A stretch of 64,000 bases of DNA, from contig CAVTQK010000021.1 of NCBI GenBank assembly GCA_963736855.1, positions 640,001 through 704,000 of the forward strand, read 5' to 3'. This DNA comes from an uncultured delta proteobacterium. Its GTDB lineage: Bacteria; Desulfobacterota; Desulfobacteria; Desulfobacterales; UBA2156. Below the pieces are notes generated by a model. That model was not told where the DNA came from. It was given only the letters and a program-made list of their open reading frames with translations, and did not search any database. Below, piece after piece: positions 20,119 to 31,390 of this stretch (the stretch's first letter is position 1; every line of letters begins with the position of its first letter). The translations under genes were made by a program, and so were the position numbers.

Positions 20119-21358
20119 ATGAAAGTCACCAAAAATGGTCTTTGGGGAATCGTTGCGCTGGGGATTTGCGCGCTCGTTGTCGTTTCATCGATGTTTCTGC
20201 CCGCAAGCGCCCAGGCCCGCAACATTAAAGTCGGCATCATCGACTGTTACAGCGGCCCCGCTGCGGTCTACGGCAATGATGCGCTCAACGGCTTTAAAAT
20301 GGCCCTTGAAGAGATCAACAAGGAAGGCGTGCTGGGCGGCAAAATTGAGTTTACCACACGCGACACCAAATTCAAACCGGACATTGCATTGAACATGGCA
20401 AAGGAACTGGTGTTGAACGAAAAAGTCGACATCCTGGTCGGAACCATCAACAGCGCTGCGGCCCTGGCCGTGTCCAAGACCATCGCCAAAGAAGAAAAGA
20501 TCCCCTTCATCGTATGGATTTCCAAGGACGAGAAGATCACCGGCGCCGAAGGACACCGCTACGTCTTCTCCACGGCGGAAAATACGGCCATGGCCGGCAA
20601 AGCCGGCGGTGTGGGCCTGGCCAAGAAGCCTTATAAAAAATACTGGATTGCCGGTGAAGACTACGCATACGGCCATGCCATTGCGAATTCAGTCTGGAAA
20701 AATCTGAAGGCCCTGAAACCTGAAGTTGAAAATATCGGGGAGTCCTGGTGGAAAATAGGAGAGCCCGAATCTAGTTCCTTATCTCACCTCCATCATGGGG
20801 GCCAAACCGGATGCGGTCATTTTCTGCACGGGTGGATCAGGTATGACGAATGCCATGAAAGCGCTCAAGGCAACCGGAATGGCAGCGAAAATCCCATCAT
20901 GGTTTCATACGGCCATCGATCACTCGGTTTTAAAACCACTGGCAGCAGAGGCTCCGGAAGGTGTCATGGGGACTATCCAATATCTTTTCTATCACCCTGA
21001 AACACCTGAAAATAAAGCTTTTGTAGACTCTTTCCAGAAAGCCTACGGAAATCCGCCGGGATTCCCAGCCTTCAATGCGTATCTGACCGCCCAGTTCATC
21101 GCGCAAGGGTTCAAGAAAGCCGGCGCCATCGACCGGGAGAAATTCATCGACGCCCTGGAAGGTCTGAAGGTGAAAAACCCTGTCGGTGGATTGGTGGAAA
21201 TGCGCGCGTGCGATCACCAGGCGGTTTATCCCATGTATTTCGGAGTCACGAAAAAAGATCCGAAGAATAACTTCGTCATCGCAAGCGACATCTCGGCTCT
21301 AACAGGCGAAGAAGTCATGCCGACCTGCGATGAGATCCAAAAAGCCCGTGGCAAGTAA
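20119..21358 (+). CDS. livK: Branched-chain amino acid-type ABC substrate-binding protein; +1 frameshift near 20768
   Basis: ORFs 20119..21000 and 20795..21358 join as EPDLVPYLTSIMGAKPD if one A is removed; IKVG..SGPAA.YG and MRACDHQA motifs. Confidence 0.85.
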
Positions 21359-21373
21359 AGGCTATCCGAAACC

Positions 21374-21423
21374 AACCGGTACGCCGGCTTTTTCAGTAGC
21401 GTTTTTAGGCCTGCGTACCGGTT
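21374..21423 (+). other. Intergenic stem-loop after the binding-protein gene
   Basis: Perfect 11-bp arms AACCGGTACGC / GCGTACCGGTT. Confidence 0.6.
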
Positions 21424-21464
21424 ATCCATTTAAACCACCCCTCGGCATGCAGGGTTGATGGGAT

Positions 21465-22361
21465 ATGGAAGCTTCGCAAGCGGCATTCCTGTCCGCCATC
21501 GGAAACCATTTTTTGGTCGGCATCAGCCGGGCCATGATCCTCTTCGTGGTTTCCGCGGGATTGAGTTTCATACTGGGCGTTCTGAGAGTACCCAATGTGG
21601 CCCATGGGTCTTTATACATGATCGGCGCTTTTGTCGCCCACGGCCTGACGACTTTTTTCGGAGGTGGTTCCACCGGCTTCTGGTTTGCTCTCCTGCTTTC
21701 TCCGTTGGTGGTAGCACTCATCAGCCTGGTGGCGGAGCGCGCTCTTTTCTGCCACCTCTACGAACGGGAACATTTAATGCTCCTGCTGTTTACCTTTGCC
21801 CTTATGCTCATCCTGGGGGATCTGGTTAAAATTTTCTGGGGCGCAGATTACCGGTCCGTGACAGCCCCGAAACTGCTCCAGGGTTTTATAACGGTCTTCA
21901 GTTCGCCCATTCCCAAGTATAACCTTTTCCTTTTGGTGATGGGTCCGATTATCGCTGTGGCGCTCTATCTCTTTTCAAACAAGACCCGCCTCGGCAAGAT
22001 CGCCCGCGCCGCCGCCGCCGACCGGGAAATGGTCAGCGCCATCGGCATCAATGTGAGCTGGGTCTTTGCTTTTGCCTTTATTTTGGGATGTTCTCTCGCG
22101 GGCCTCGGAGGAGCGCTGGTCTCTCCCACCGTGAGCGTCACCCTCGGTATGGACCATGACATCATCATTGAAACCTTTCTCATCGTGACTATCGGCGGCC
22201 TTGGAAACATGTGGGGGGCCATGGCGGGATCCCTCATCTTCGGCCTCACCCAATCCTTTGGAGTATTGTTTTTACCGCAGTTTGCCATTGTGTTCCCCTA
22301 CATTGCGGTGGTCATCGTATTGATCTGGAAACCTCGTGGGATGCTCAAGTCGGTCTGGTAG
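21465..22361 (+). CDS. livH: Branched-chain amino acid ABC permease
   Basis: GLSFILGVLRVPNVAHG, TRLGKIARA, IGGLG, KPRG motifs. Confidence 0.92.
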   Translation: MEASQAAFLSAIGNHFLVGISRAMILFVVSAGLSFILGVLRVPNVAHGSLYMIGAFVAHGLTTFFGGGSTGFWFALLLSPLVVALISLVAERALFCHLYEREHLMLLLFTFALMLILGDLVKIFWGADYRSVTAPKLLQGFITVFSSPIPKYNLFLLVMGPIIAVALYLFSNKTRLGKIARAAAADREMVSAIGINVSWVFAFAFILGCSLAGLGGALVSPTVSVTLGMDHDIIIETFLIVTIGGLGNMWGAMAGSLIFGLTQSFGVLFLPQFAIVFPYIAVVIVLIWKPRGMLKSVW

Positions 22362-22372
22362 GAGTCCAAGAA

Positions 22373-23338
22373 ATGCGCGCCATCGATTTCCAGAAAGGGA
22401 GAACCCCGATATTCAACAGCATCCTATTGGCTCTTTTGATACTTGCGCCTGCATTTTTACCCGCATTTTATATCTACATCTTCTCCGTGATCTTTGTCAC
22501 CGCCATCCTGGCCGTGAGCCTCAACCTGGTTGTGGGGCACGGAGGGTTGTATCAATTTCATCACGGGGTCTTTTACGGCATCGGCGCCTATACTTTGGCC
22601 CTGATTCTGACCAAAACCGGCCTTCCGCCCTGGGTCGGATTCATCGCCGGTCCCGTATGCGCCGCTCTCGCCGGCTGGCTTATCGGTTTGTTTTGCGTTC
22701 GGCTGAGCCGCCTGTACTTCGGTATGCTCCAGATCTCATTGGGATCCCTGATCTGGGCCGTGACCTTTCGTTGGTACGCCTTGACCGGCGGGGATGACGG
22801 CATCCACGGCATAAAGCTTCCCGGCATCCTTTCGGGCATCACCCGATCGTACTATGTGATCCTCATCGTCTTGTCGGTCTGCCTGATTGCGCTTTACAGG
22901 ATCTATAAGTCTCCATTCGGAATCACTCTCCGGGCGATCCGAGACAACCCGGAGCGATGCGCCGCCGTCGGCATCAACGTGAGGCGGCATCAACTTTTTG
23001 CCATCGTCATCGCAACCTTCTTTGCCGGAGTAGCCGGTGTCTTCTTCGTCGTGGTCGAACGGTCTGTTTTTCCGGATTTGATGTTTTGGGTGCTGTCTCT
23101 GGAAATCATGATCATGTGTCTTTTAGGTGGATGGTTTACTTTCTCCGGACCGATTTTGGGAGCAGCGATCATGGTTTCTTTGAGGACCTTCGCAGGTGTC
23201 TACACGGAATACTGGACCCTGATCCTGGGTGTTATTCTGATCCTATTGATCTTTTTTCTTCCCGAAGGTGTGATGGGATTTATCGCGCTGAAGCTTAAGC
23301 GCAGGGAACTCCTTCTGGAAGCCAAACAGGACATCTGA
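22373..23338 (+). CDS. livM: Branched-chain amino acid ABC permease
   Basis: SLNLVVG, TGGDDGI, SPFGITLRAIRDN, PEG motifs; start moved to ATG 22373 (AGGAG RBS). Confidence 0.92.
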   Translation: MRAIDFQKGRTPIFNSILLALLILAPAFLPAFYIYIFSVIFVTAILAVSLNLVVGHGGLYQFHHGVFYGIGAYTLALILTKTGLPPWVGFIAGPVCAALAGWLIGLFCVRLSRLYFGMLQISLGSLIWAVTFRWYALTGGDDGIHGIKLPGILSGITRSYYVILIVLSVCLIALYRIYKSPFGITLRAIRDNPERCAAVGINVRRHQLFAIVIATFFAGVAGVFFVVVERSVFPDLMFWVLSLEIMIMCLLGGWFTFSGPILGAAIMVSLRTFAGVYTEYWTLILGVILILLIFFLPEGVMGFIALKLKRRELLLEAKQDI

Positions 23339-24073
23339 ATGCTTCGGGTTGAAAATGCACAAAAAGATTTCGACGGGTTCAAGGCGGTCAACGGGGCTAG
23401 CCTGTCCGTAGAAAAAGGGGAAATCGTGGCGGTCATCGGGCCCAACGGTGCCGGTAAAACGACCCTTTTCAATCTGATCACCGGTCAACTCAAACCCAAC
23501 GGAGGAACCATCACCTTTCTCGGAGAGGATATCACATCGATGCCGTCCCACCGCATCTGTAAAAAAGGGATCGCCCGATCTTTCCAGATCGCCAATATTT
23601 TCCACCGGCTGTCGGTTTTCAGAAACGTCCAGGTCTCCGTGCTTTCCCAAAAAAACCGAAATCTGAACCTGTTTCTTTCCTCCGACTCCTTTTTCGTCAA
23701 GGAAACGCAATCCATCCTGGAAAATGCAGGACTCGCAGACAAGCATCAGGAGATTGCAGGATCCCTATCCCATGGCGATCGTCGATTGCTTGAGATCGCC
23801 ATCGCGCTGGGAAATGAACCCCGGTTGTTGATATTGGATGAACCCACAGCAGGGATGTCGCCGGAGGAAACCGCCACCACAATATCCCTGATCAAGCGCC
23901 TTGCCGAGACTCGGGGTCTGACCATTCTCTTTTGCGAACACGACATGGATGTGGTTTTCGGCGTCTCCCACAGGATCATGGTGATGGAACAGGGCCGGAC
24001 TCTGGTTCAAGGAAAGCCTGAAGAAGTCAAAAACAATTTGGAAGTCCAGCGGGCTTACCTGGGAACCGAATGA
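23339..24073 (+). CDS. livG: Branched-chain amino acid ABC ATPase
   Basis: GPNGAGKTT, GIARSFQ, LSHGD, LDEPTAG, EHDMD, RAYLG. Confidence 0.93.
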   Translation: MLRVENAQKDFDGFKAVNGASLSVEKGEIVAVIGPNGAGKTTLFNLITGQLKPNGGTITFLGEDITSMPSHRICKKGIARSFQIANIFHRLSVFRNVQVSVLSQKNRNLNLFLSSDSFFVKETQSILENAGLADKHQEIAGSLSHGDRRLLEIAIALGNEPRLLILDEPTAGMSPEETATTISLIKRLAETRGLTILFCEHDMDVVFGVSHRIMVMEQGRTLVQGKPEEVKNNLEVQRAYLGTE

Positions 24074-24768
24074 TGCTTGAACTGCATAATATCCACACTT
24101 TTTACGGGTTAAGTCATATCCTTTTCGATGTCAGTTTCACGGTCAATCGCGGCCAGGTTGTATGCCTCCTGGGTCGAAACGGCGCCGGCAAGACCACCAC
24201 CCTGAAAAGCATCATGGGACTGACTCCTCCGCGAATGGGGAAAATCCTTTTCAAAGGAGAGGTCATCTCCGGAAGACCGCCTTACATCTTGTGCCGGAAA
24301 GGGATCGGCTACGTACCCGATGACCGGCGCATCTTTGCCGATCTCACCGTTTTCGAAAACCTGGAGATTGCCTCACGCAAACGGAAAGAGTGGGAATATT
24401 GGGACATTCAGCACGTCTTTGATCTTTTTCCATCTTTACGGAAATATTCGACCCGAAAGGGGGGGTTATTGAGCGGGGGCGAGCAGAAAATGCTGGCCAT
24501 CGCCCGGGCCCTGGTGGGAAACCCGGAATGCCTCCTACTTGACGAACCCACAGAGGGGCTGGCCCCGAGCATGGTCCAGATCTTCAGAGATCGGATCCGA
24601 CTCTTGAAGGAATCCGGATTGACCGTCCTTCTGGCCGAACAAAATGTGAAGTTCACCTTGAGTCTCAGCGAATATGGGTATATCATCGACGACGGCAGAA
24701 TTTATTATCAGGGAACCGTCGCCGAAATTCGGGAAAATGAAGACATCCGTAAGGTTTGCGGTATTTAA
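24070..24768 (+). CDS. livF: Branched-chain amino acid ABC ATPase
   Basis: GRNGAGKTT, LSGGEQKMLAIARAL, LDEPTEGLAP, EQN. Confidence 0.93.
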   Translation: MMLELHNIHTFYGLSHILFDVSFTVNRGQVVCLLGRNGAGKTTTLKSIMGLTPPRMGKILFKGEVISGRPPYILCRKGIGYVPDDRRIFADLTVFENLEIASRKRKEWEYWDIQHVFDLFPSLRKYSTRKGGLLSGGEQKMLAIARALVGNPECLLLDEPTEGLAPSMVQIFRDRIRLLKESGLTVLLAEQNVKFTLSLSEYGYIIDDGRIYYQGTVAEIRENEDIRKVCGI

Positions 24769-24794
24769 GTATAAACTATAAAAGGAAAGTATCC

Positions 24795-25154
24795 ATGAAT
24801 TTTTTTCAGATTAAAGGGATTCCGACAACCGATCTGGCTGAAGGGGTGTCGATCCGGCTGGTTCCGGCAGACAGGATGAGCCTGGTCTTTTTCTACCTTT
24901 CCCCCGGCGCCCGGATACCGGAGCATGCACACTTCCATGAACAGATGGGAATGGTCCTGAAAGGATCCATCCTTTTGACCATCGGAGACGAAGAAAGGAC
25001 CGTTTTGCCTGGTATCGCCTATCGGGTCCCGCCTGACGTCTTGCACAGCGGACGTTGCCTTGAAGAGGGTGCGGAAGTGATAGAGGTTTTTTCTCCTCCC
25101 CGAAAAGACTTGTTGGAAAAGATCGGAGGCATCACCCTCGGAGGCTGCACATGA
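24795..25154 (+). CDS. Cupin-domain protein
   Basis: HAHFHEQ, PPDVLHS and EVFSPPR cupin motifs. Confidence 0.88.
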   Translation: MNFFQIKGIPTTDLAEGVSIRLVPADRMSLVFFYLSPGARIPEHAHFHEQMGMVLKGSILLTIGDEERTVLPGIAYRVPPDVLHSGRCLEEGAEVIEVFSPPRKDLLEKIGGITLGGCT

Positions 25155-25765
25155 AAAATTTATTGTATAAAATGATCATCAATAGCGCCACCGATTACTG
25201 CTATCAAAATTGTTTAGAATACGTTCGTGACAAAGCGTCCATCCTGGATGTGGGTATCGGAAACGGCGTGATGATGGACCATTTTCACAGACTCATCAAG
25301 GACAAGGGACTCCATATCACCGGCATCGACATCAACAAAAACTACCTGCAGCACTGCGCCAGCAACATTCAGCAATTCGATCTTGAAAATCACGTGACGA
25401 TTCACTGCCAGCCGGTAGAAACATTCGATCCTCCCCAAGAGACCCGCTTCGATTACATTTTTTTCACCATGAGCTTCATGCTTTTCAAAAATCAGAATCT
25501 GGTGCTGGATCGGGTTCATGAGTGGCTCAAACCCAACGGCGAAATCCTTTTCTTTCAAACCGTTTTCACGGGAAAGGTCCCGCTTATCGAATTTATCAAG
25601 CCGAAGCTTAAATTTGTCACCACTATCGATTTCGGAAAGGTGACTTATGAGGATCAGTTTTTAGGCTTATTGCAGTCCAAAAACCTCAGTGTCACGGAAA
25701 ACCGCTTGATTAAAAGAGAATGGTTCAAAGGCGAATACCGCATGACCGTCGCCTCTTTTTCATAA
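25151..25765 (+). CDS. Class I SAM-dependent methyltransferase
   Basis: [23 protein letters not shown]. Confidence 0.88.
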   Translation: MKNLLYKMIINSATDYCYQNCLEYVRDKASILDVGIGNGVMMDHFHRLIKDKGLHITGIDINKNYLQHCASNIQQFDLENHVTIHCQPVETFDPPQETRFDYIFFTMSFMLFKNQNLVLDRVHEWLKPNGEILFFQTVFTGKVPLIEFIKPKLKFVTTIDFGKVTYEDQFLGLLQSKNLSVTENRLIKREWFKGEYRMTVASFS

Positions 25766-25811
25766 ACGCTCACACCCAAAAACAAGGGAAAACCACGGAG
25801 GGAAAAAACAA

Positions 25812-26522
25812 ATGTCTAAAACTGAAGCATCGAGCTGGATGACCCGGCGTCATTTCCTCAAAACAGCCTCCGGCGCGGCCTGCATGATTCTGATGGGAGA
25901 TCTTTTCCATCACGTTTTCGCCGCAGATGTTTTTACTCTGCCACCCCTTCCCTACCCTGAAAACGCCCTGGAGCCGGTCATTTCCGCTAAAACTCTGAGC
26001 ATCCATTACGGTCGGCACCACCAGGGATACCTCAACAATTTAAACAAGCTGGTCGTCGGCAAGCCCTATGCCGAAATGGCCCTGGAAAAAATCGTGCTGA
26101 CAACCGCGGAAAAGCACGGCGAGCAACTATTTTTCAACAACGCCGCCCAGGCCTGGAACCACGACTTCTATTGGAAAAGCCTCAAGCCTGACGGCGGCGG
26201 AGATCCCCCCGACGCCTTGAAACAGAGAATACAAAGATCTTTCGGAAGTATCGAGGCCTGCAAAAAACAACTTGCCGAGGCAGCCATTTCTCAGTTTGGA
26301 AGCGGATGGGCATGGCTGGTATCGGACGGAAATGCCCTCAAGGTCGTTAATACCGCCAATGCCGAAACACCTCTGACCGCAGGACTGAAACCGCTTCTGA
26401 CCATAGACGTCTGGGAACATGCATACTATCTCGATTACCAGAATCGGCGCGCAGACTACGTCCAGGCCGTTATCGAAAAGAGGATCAACTGGGGTTTTGC
26501 AATGCAGAATTTGAAAATTTAG
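25812..26522 (+). CDS. sodB: Fe-type superoxide dismutase with twin-arginine signal peptide
   Basis: TRRHFLK Tat motif; [31 protein letters not shown]. Confidence 0.93.
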   Translation: MSKTEASSWMTRRHFLKTASGAACMILMGDLFHHVFAADVFTLPPLPYPENALEPVISAKTLSIHYGRHHQGYLNNLNKLVVGKPYAEMALEKIVLTTAEKHGEQLFFNNAAQAWNHDFYWKSLKPDGGGDPPDALKQRIQRSFGSIEACKKQLAEAAISQFGSGWAWLVSDGNALKVVNTANAETPLTAGLKPLLTIDVWEHAYYLDYQNRRADYVQAVIEKRINWGFAMQNLKI

Positions 26523-26678
26523 AAGCCTTTCCACCTATTGCAATTCAACGATGATAAGCGCATATCCGAGCTGCAGGTAACCCATTGATCCGGAATTCCC
26601 CGAGCGGACATCCCCGCCTCAGATCATGGTTTTTTCCTGTCCGGATGCTTTCCGAATCGCTTTTCCCCATGCCCTGAA

Positions 26679-27894
26679 ATGCTTTCCACGATCATTTTCA
26701 TCCTGACCTATATCGGCGTCGCGATCGGGCGGGTTCCGGGCCTGGTCATTGATCGTGTCGGAATCGCCCTTCTGGGTGCCATCGCCATGGTGGTTTTCGG
26801 CATTGTCACCATGGAGAACGCCGTCGCTGCCGTTGATTTCCCGACGATCCTCCTCCTTTACGCCCTGATGGTCGTATCCGCCCAGCTCCGATTGGGAGGA
26901 TTTTATACCTGGACCGTCTCCAAGGTCTTAAATCTGCTCCCCCGCCCCCGATTGTTTTTGCTGGTGAGCATGATCGTGAGCGCCCTTTTATCGGCGGTTT
27001 TGGCCAACGACATCATCTGTTTTGCCTTCACCCCGGTTCTGGCTCTTTCCCTGAATCGGGCGGGACTCAACCCCATGCCCTTTTTGATCGGGCTTGCGGT
27101 CTCCAGCAACATCGGCTCCGCGGCCACCCTGATCGGGAATCCCCAGAATATGCTGATAGGTCAGGTCGGAAAGCTTCACTTCGCACAATTCTTTCTCTGG
27201 TGCGCCCCTCCCTCCATCATCAGTCTTTTGGGAAGTTACCTGATCCTCTTGGCGTTCTATCGAAAAAAGATGAACTTGCATCAACCGGTTGCATCCCAGG
27301 TGGCGGAAGAGGCATGGCCGGTGTTTCAATATTTGGTGGACAACTAAGGGGCTTGTTTCCATCGGAATTCTTGTAATTCTCTTCTTGACTCCGATCCCGA
27401 GAGAGATATCGGCCATGGCTGTTTCAGGGGTCTTGCTATGCAGCAGGAAGTTGAAAACCCGATCCATTTTGGGACTCATCGATTGGCATTTGATCATCCT
27501 GTTTTGCGCCCTGTTTATCGTCATCGAAGGGATTTCAAATGGCAATTATCCGAAGCTGGTGATAGAGTATTTGAAATCGAGCGGGATCGACCTGCATAAC
27601 CTTTATATCCTGGCCGGCGTCTCCGCGGTGTTGAGCAATCTAGTAAGCAACGTTCCGGCAACGATGCTCCTGCTTCCGTTTTTGGATCCGACAAACCCGG
27701 TGGAATGGTATTCACTGGCCGTTTCCAGCACCTTTGCCGGAAACCTGATCCTCATCGGGAGCATCGCCAATCTCATTGTGGCGGAACGGGCCTCTCCATA
27801 CGGCATTGCGATGACCTTCAAGGAACATGCTGTCGTCGGGATTCCCATAACGATATTCTCCCTGATGGTCTTGTTCCTATGGACCTGGGTATAG
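26679..27894 (+). CDS. ArsB/NhaD/CitMHS-like anion permease; frameshift near 27324
   Basis: LSAVLAND, NIGSAATLIGNPQN, LSNLVSNVPA, GSIANLIV; two ORFs join at one extra T. Confidence 0.85.
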
Positions 27895-27909
27895 GGTAAA
27901 GGAGACCTC

Positions 27910-28626
27910 GTGCATCTTGATCGTGTCGTTTTTCATCCGGATCGCTACCCGACTGACTGCCATTATCCCTTCAACCTCCCCTTATTTCATCAGACCCGGG
28001 AAATTGTTTTCGATTCTCCCATTACTCTCTTCGTGGGTGAAAACGGATCGGGCAAATCCACTCTTCTGGAAGCCCTCGCCCATCAATGCGGCATCTATAT
28101 CTGGAGAAGAGAAATCGGAAGGCGCTTTGAAAACAATCCCTTCGAAGACAAGCTCTGCCGGTACATTTCGGTCAAATGGGCAGACGGCCGGGTTCCGGGA
28201 TCCTTTTTCGGGTCATCCGTGTTCCAGGATTTCGCACAATTTTTAGAGGAGTGGGCGACTGTGGACGCCGGGCAGCTCGAATATTTCGGGGGAAAATCCT
28301 TGATCACGCAATCTCACGGACAATCCATCATGTCTTATTTTAAATCCCGGTATCGGATTAAAGGGCTATATCTCCTGGACGAGCCGGAAACAGCCCTTTC
28401 CCCCGCCACCCAACTCGAGCTTTTAAAATTATTGACAAAAGAGGGAAAAGCGGGACACGCTCAGTTTATCATCGCCACTCATTCCCCGATCCTGTTAGCC
28501 TGCCCCGAGGCATCCATTTACAGCTTTGACCATATCCCGGTAACCGCCGTGAAGTACGAGGAAACGATGCATTATCGAATCTATAAGGCCTTCATGAATG
28601 ATCCGCATGGATATATCACCGATTGA
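27910..28626 (+). CDS. ABC/AAA-type ATPase (COG3910-like)
   Basis: GENGSGKSTLLEA, SHGQS, LLDEPE, ATHSPILL. Confidence 0.88.
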   Translation: MHLDRVVFHPDRYPTDCHYPFNLPLFHQTREIVFDSPITLFVGENGSGKSTLLEALAHQCGIYIWRREIGRRFENNPFEDKLCRYISVKWADGRVPGSFFGSSVFQDFAQFLEEWATVDAGQLEYFGGKSLITQSHGQSIMSYFKSRYRIKGLYLLDEPETALSPATQLELLKLLTKEGKAGHAQFIIATHSPILLACPEASIYSFDHIPVTAVKYEETMHYRIYKAFMNDPHGYITD

Positions 28627-29876
28627 TCCTGCGTTAAAAAAAGCCGCCGCCCTTCACTGGGCATGGGTGATTCTGGCGATCAGCTTTGCCAACCTGTTCG
28701 TTAATTATTCCGTCCGTCTCGGGTATGGGGTGGTTCTTCCGGAGATGATCCAAAACCTGGGGTTGACTCGGACCGCCGGCGGATCCATCTATAACGCCTA
28801 TTTATTTGCTTATATTTTGCTGACCCCCCTGACGGGTCTGCTCACGGATCGTTTCGGAGCCCGACCCGTGATTTCGGCCTGCGGCGTCATCTTGAGCCTC
28901 GGAGTACTCCTGATGGGCACCACAGGAGACTCTGTGGACGGCCTGCCTTTTTTATGCAGTCGTGGGAGTCGGCGCCACCGGCATGTGGACACCCGTCATC
29001 ACCGTAGTCCAACGCTGGTTTGATCCCCGCCGGAGAGGACTGGCTCTCGGTATCATTTCGACCGGATACGGATTTGGGTTAGCCGCCATGGGAGCGGTAT
29101 TCCCATGGATCGTCCGGCATTTCGACTGGCGGTATGCCTGGTATATCTTGGGCTTCGCGGCGCTGGCCATGGTTGTCGTGAATTCTGTTTTTTTGCGCAG
29201 CGATCCCGAATCGGCAGGTTTTCAGCCCTGGGGCCGAACCGATCCCGACAAGTCCCCTCCCCTTGATTTAAAGCCCAGAGAAATTGCGTCCCACCGCTTT
29301 TCCTCGATATTCACGGACATGACATTTTGGAAGATCGGTCTTTCCTATTTTTGCATATCCTATGCCCTTTACGGCATCACCACCTTCATGGTCGATTACG
29401 CCAGGACTCAGATGGGAATCCCCCTGGAAAAAGCGAGCCTCCTGGCAACAGTGCACGGCTTCAGCCAGGTGGCCGGTGTCCTCACGGTGCTCCCGCTCTC
29501 GGATCGCCTGGGTCGAAGGAAAATGATCCTGGTATCCAACGCCTTTATCACCGTATCCCTGGTGGGAATCCTGATGTCTCGAAGTCCTGGCCTGCTGTAT
29601 GGAATGGTGGGGCTCCTGGCCATTTTTTACGGGGCGACTTTCCCCATTTACGGTGCATGTGCGGGGGATTATTTTCCGAGAGCTGTGATGGGTACGGTGA
29701 TCGGGGCGTGGACCCCTTTCTACGGGGCAGGAGCCATCCTGTCCCATTGGGTGACCGGCTGGTTGAGGGATACAACAGGTACTTATGACCTTGCATTCAC
29801 CCTGAATACCGCCGCTGCAGCATTGGGATTTGTGCTTTTCCTTTTCGTCCGAAAAAGGCACCAAGAAAGTCCATGA
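28607..29876 (+). CDS. MFS transporter; frameshift near 28925
   Basis: GLLTDRFGAR and LSDRLGRR MFS motifs; two ORFs join at one extra G. Confidence 0.85.
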
Positions 29877-29973
29877 CGCGCTTTTAGGAAACCATCGGAT
29901 ATTTCATCATCTTTTTCCATCAATCGCGCCACTCTTTGTCCGAAATCCCGCCCTCTCGAAAACTCGCATGATC

Positions 29974-30008
29974 CTTGAAATATCAAATATAGAGTTTGAT
30001 TTTTCAAG
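29974..30008. promoter_or_regulatory. Palindromic operator-like site upstream of the DUF4143 ATPase
   Basis: CTTGAAATATCAAA-7 nt-TTTGATTTTTCAAG, 13/14 matching arms. Confidence 0.5.
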
Positions 30009-30030
30009 ATAGATCATTTAAGGTGCCCCC

Positions 30031-31176
30031 ATGAACCTTATCGATAGAAAAACGGACCGTTCCAGGTTAATCAAGCTTATTTCTGTATTTCCCGTCACGG
30101 TGATCCTGGGTCCTAGGCAGTGCGGAAAAACGACGCTGGCAAAAACGCTTGATGCTGATGCTTATTTCGACCTGGAAAACCCCCAGGATCTTGTCCGCTT
30201 GGAGCATCCTCAGCTTGCACTGGAAGACCTGACAGGACTCATCGTCATCGACGAGATCCAGCGGTTGCCCGATCTTTTTACGCTTCTGCGCTACCTGGTG
30301 GATCAAGGTAAAAACCGCAAATTCGTTATCCTGGGAAGCGCCTCTCGGGATTTGATCCGTCAGAGTTCGGAATCTCTCGCCGGAAGGATCGCATATCTTC
30401 AATTGGGCGGATTTCGCCTCAGCGATATCGATCCCGGGGCCATCAAGAACCTATGGTGGCGTGGAGGATTGCCCCGATCCTTCCTTTCGGCGTCGGACGA
30501 TGAAAGCCTGCTCTGGCGCAGCCAATACATGACGACCTTTCTGGAACGGGACATTCCCCAGTTGGGGATCACGATTCCGGCCCGAACGCTGCGCCGCTTT
30601 TGGATCATGTTAAGCCACTACCATGCCCATATCCTGAACTATGCGGAGATGGGCCGATCTTTCGGTGTCTCCGATATGACCATCCGGAAATACTGCGATA
30701 TTCTGGAAGGCACATTCATGATCCGCATCCTCCAACCCTGGTTCGTCAACATCGGAAAACGTCTGGTGAAGCGGCCGAAACTCTATCTTCGCGACTCCGG
30801 GTTGTTCCATGCCTTGCAATCCATCGAAACCCCGGATCAGTTGTACGCTTCGCCCCGGCTCGGCGCCTCCTGGGAAGGTTTTGCCCTGGATTGCGTCTGC
30901 CGAACCTTGGAAAAGGAAGACGGGGATCTCTATTTCTGGAACACCCACGCCGGTGCGGAACTCGATCTTTTCTGGCAGGCGCGCGGACAAAGCTGGGGGG
31001 TGGAATTCAAATATGAAGACGCCCCACGGTTGACTCGATCCATGAAAACGGCAGTAGAAGACCTCAAATTGGAACAGCTTTGGGTCGTCTATCCCGGGAA
31101 AGCGGCTTATCCTCTCACCGAAAAAATCCGGGTGATCCCTCTTGCAGACGTCCGCGACACCTGGAACTACGGATAA
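30031..31176 (+). CDS. AAA_14 ATPase with DUF4143 domain
   Basis: GPRQCGKTT, IDEIQ, LGSAS, ESLAGR, GGLP, KRPKLYLRDSG, ELD..GVEFK. Confidence 0.92.
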   Translation: MNLIDRKTDRSRLIKLISVFPVTVILGPRQCGKTTLAKTLDADAYFDLENPQDLVRLEHPQLALEDLTGLIVIDEIQRLPDLFTLLRYLVDQGKNRKFVILGSASRDLIRQSSESLAGRIAYLQLGGFRLSDIDPGAIKNLWWRGGLPRSFLSASDDESLLWRSQYMTTFLERDIPQLGITIPARTLRRFWIMLSHYHAHILNYAEMGRSFGVSDMTIRKYCDILEGTFMIRILQPWFVNIGKRLVKRPKLYLRDSGLFHALQSIETPDQLYASPRLGASWEGFALDCVCRTLEKEDGDLYFWNTHAGAELDLFWQARGQSWGVEFKYEDAPRLTRSMKTAVEDLKLEQLWVVYPGKAAYPLTEKIRVIPLADVRDTWNYG

Positions 31177-31390
31177 CTGAGAACATGGAGACGCCATCGA
31201 TCCATGGACACCGGCATCATTTAAAGCAAATCAAGGATTCAGGGTTCATCCTTGATGTAGGAAAAGATAGAGGTCTCACCGGGTATTCAAAACCCGGCCC
31301 CATTTAAATACTTTTAAATTTCATTTATAATAGTAATGTTCGTGAAAGGGGCCATTCTGAAACCGCAACCGGCATCAAGGAGGTGCTGAT

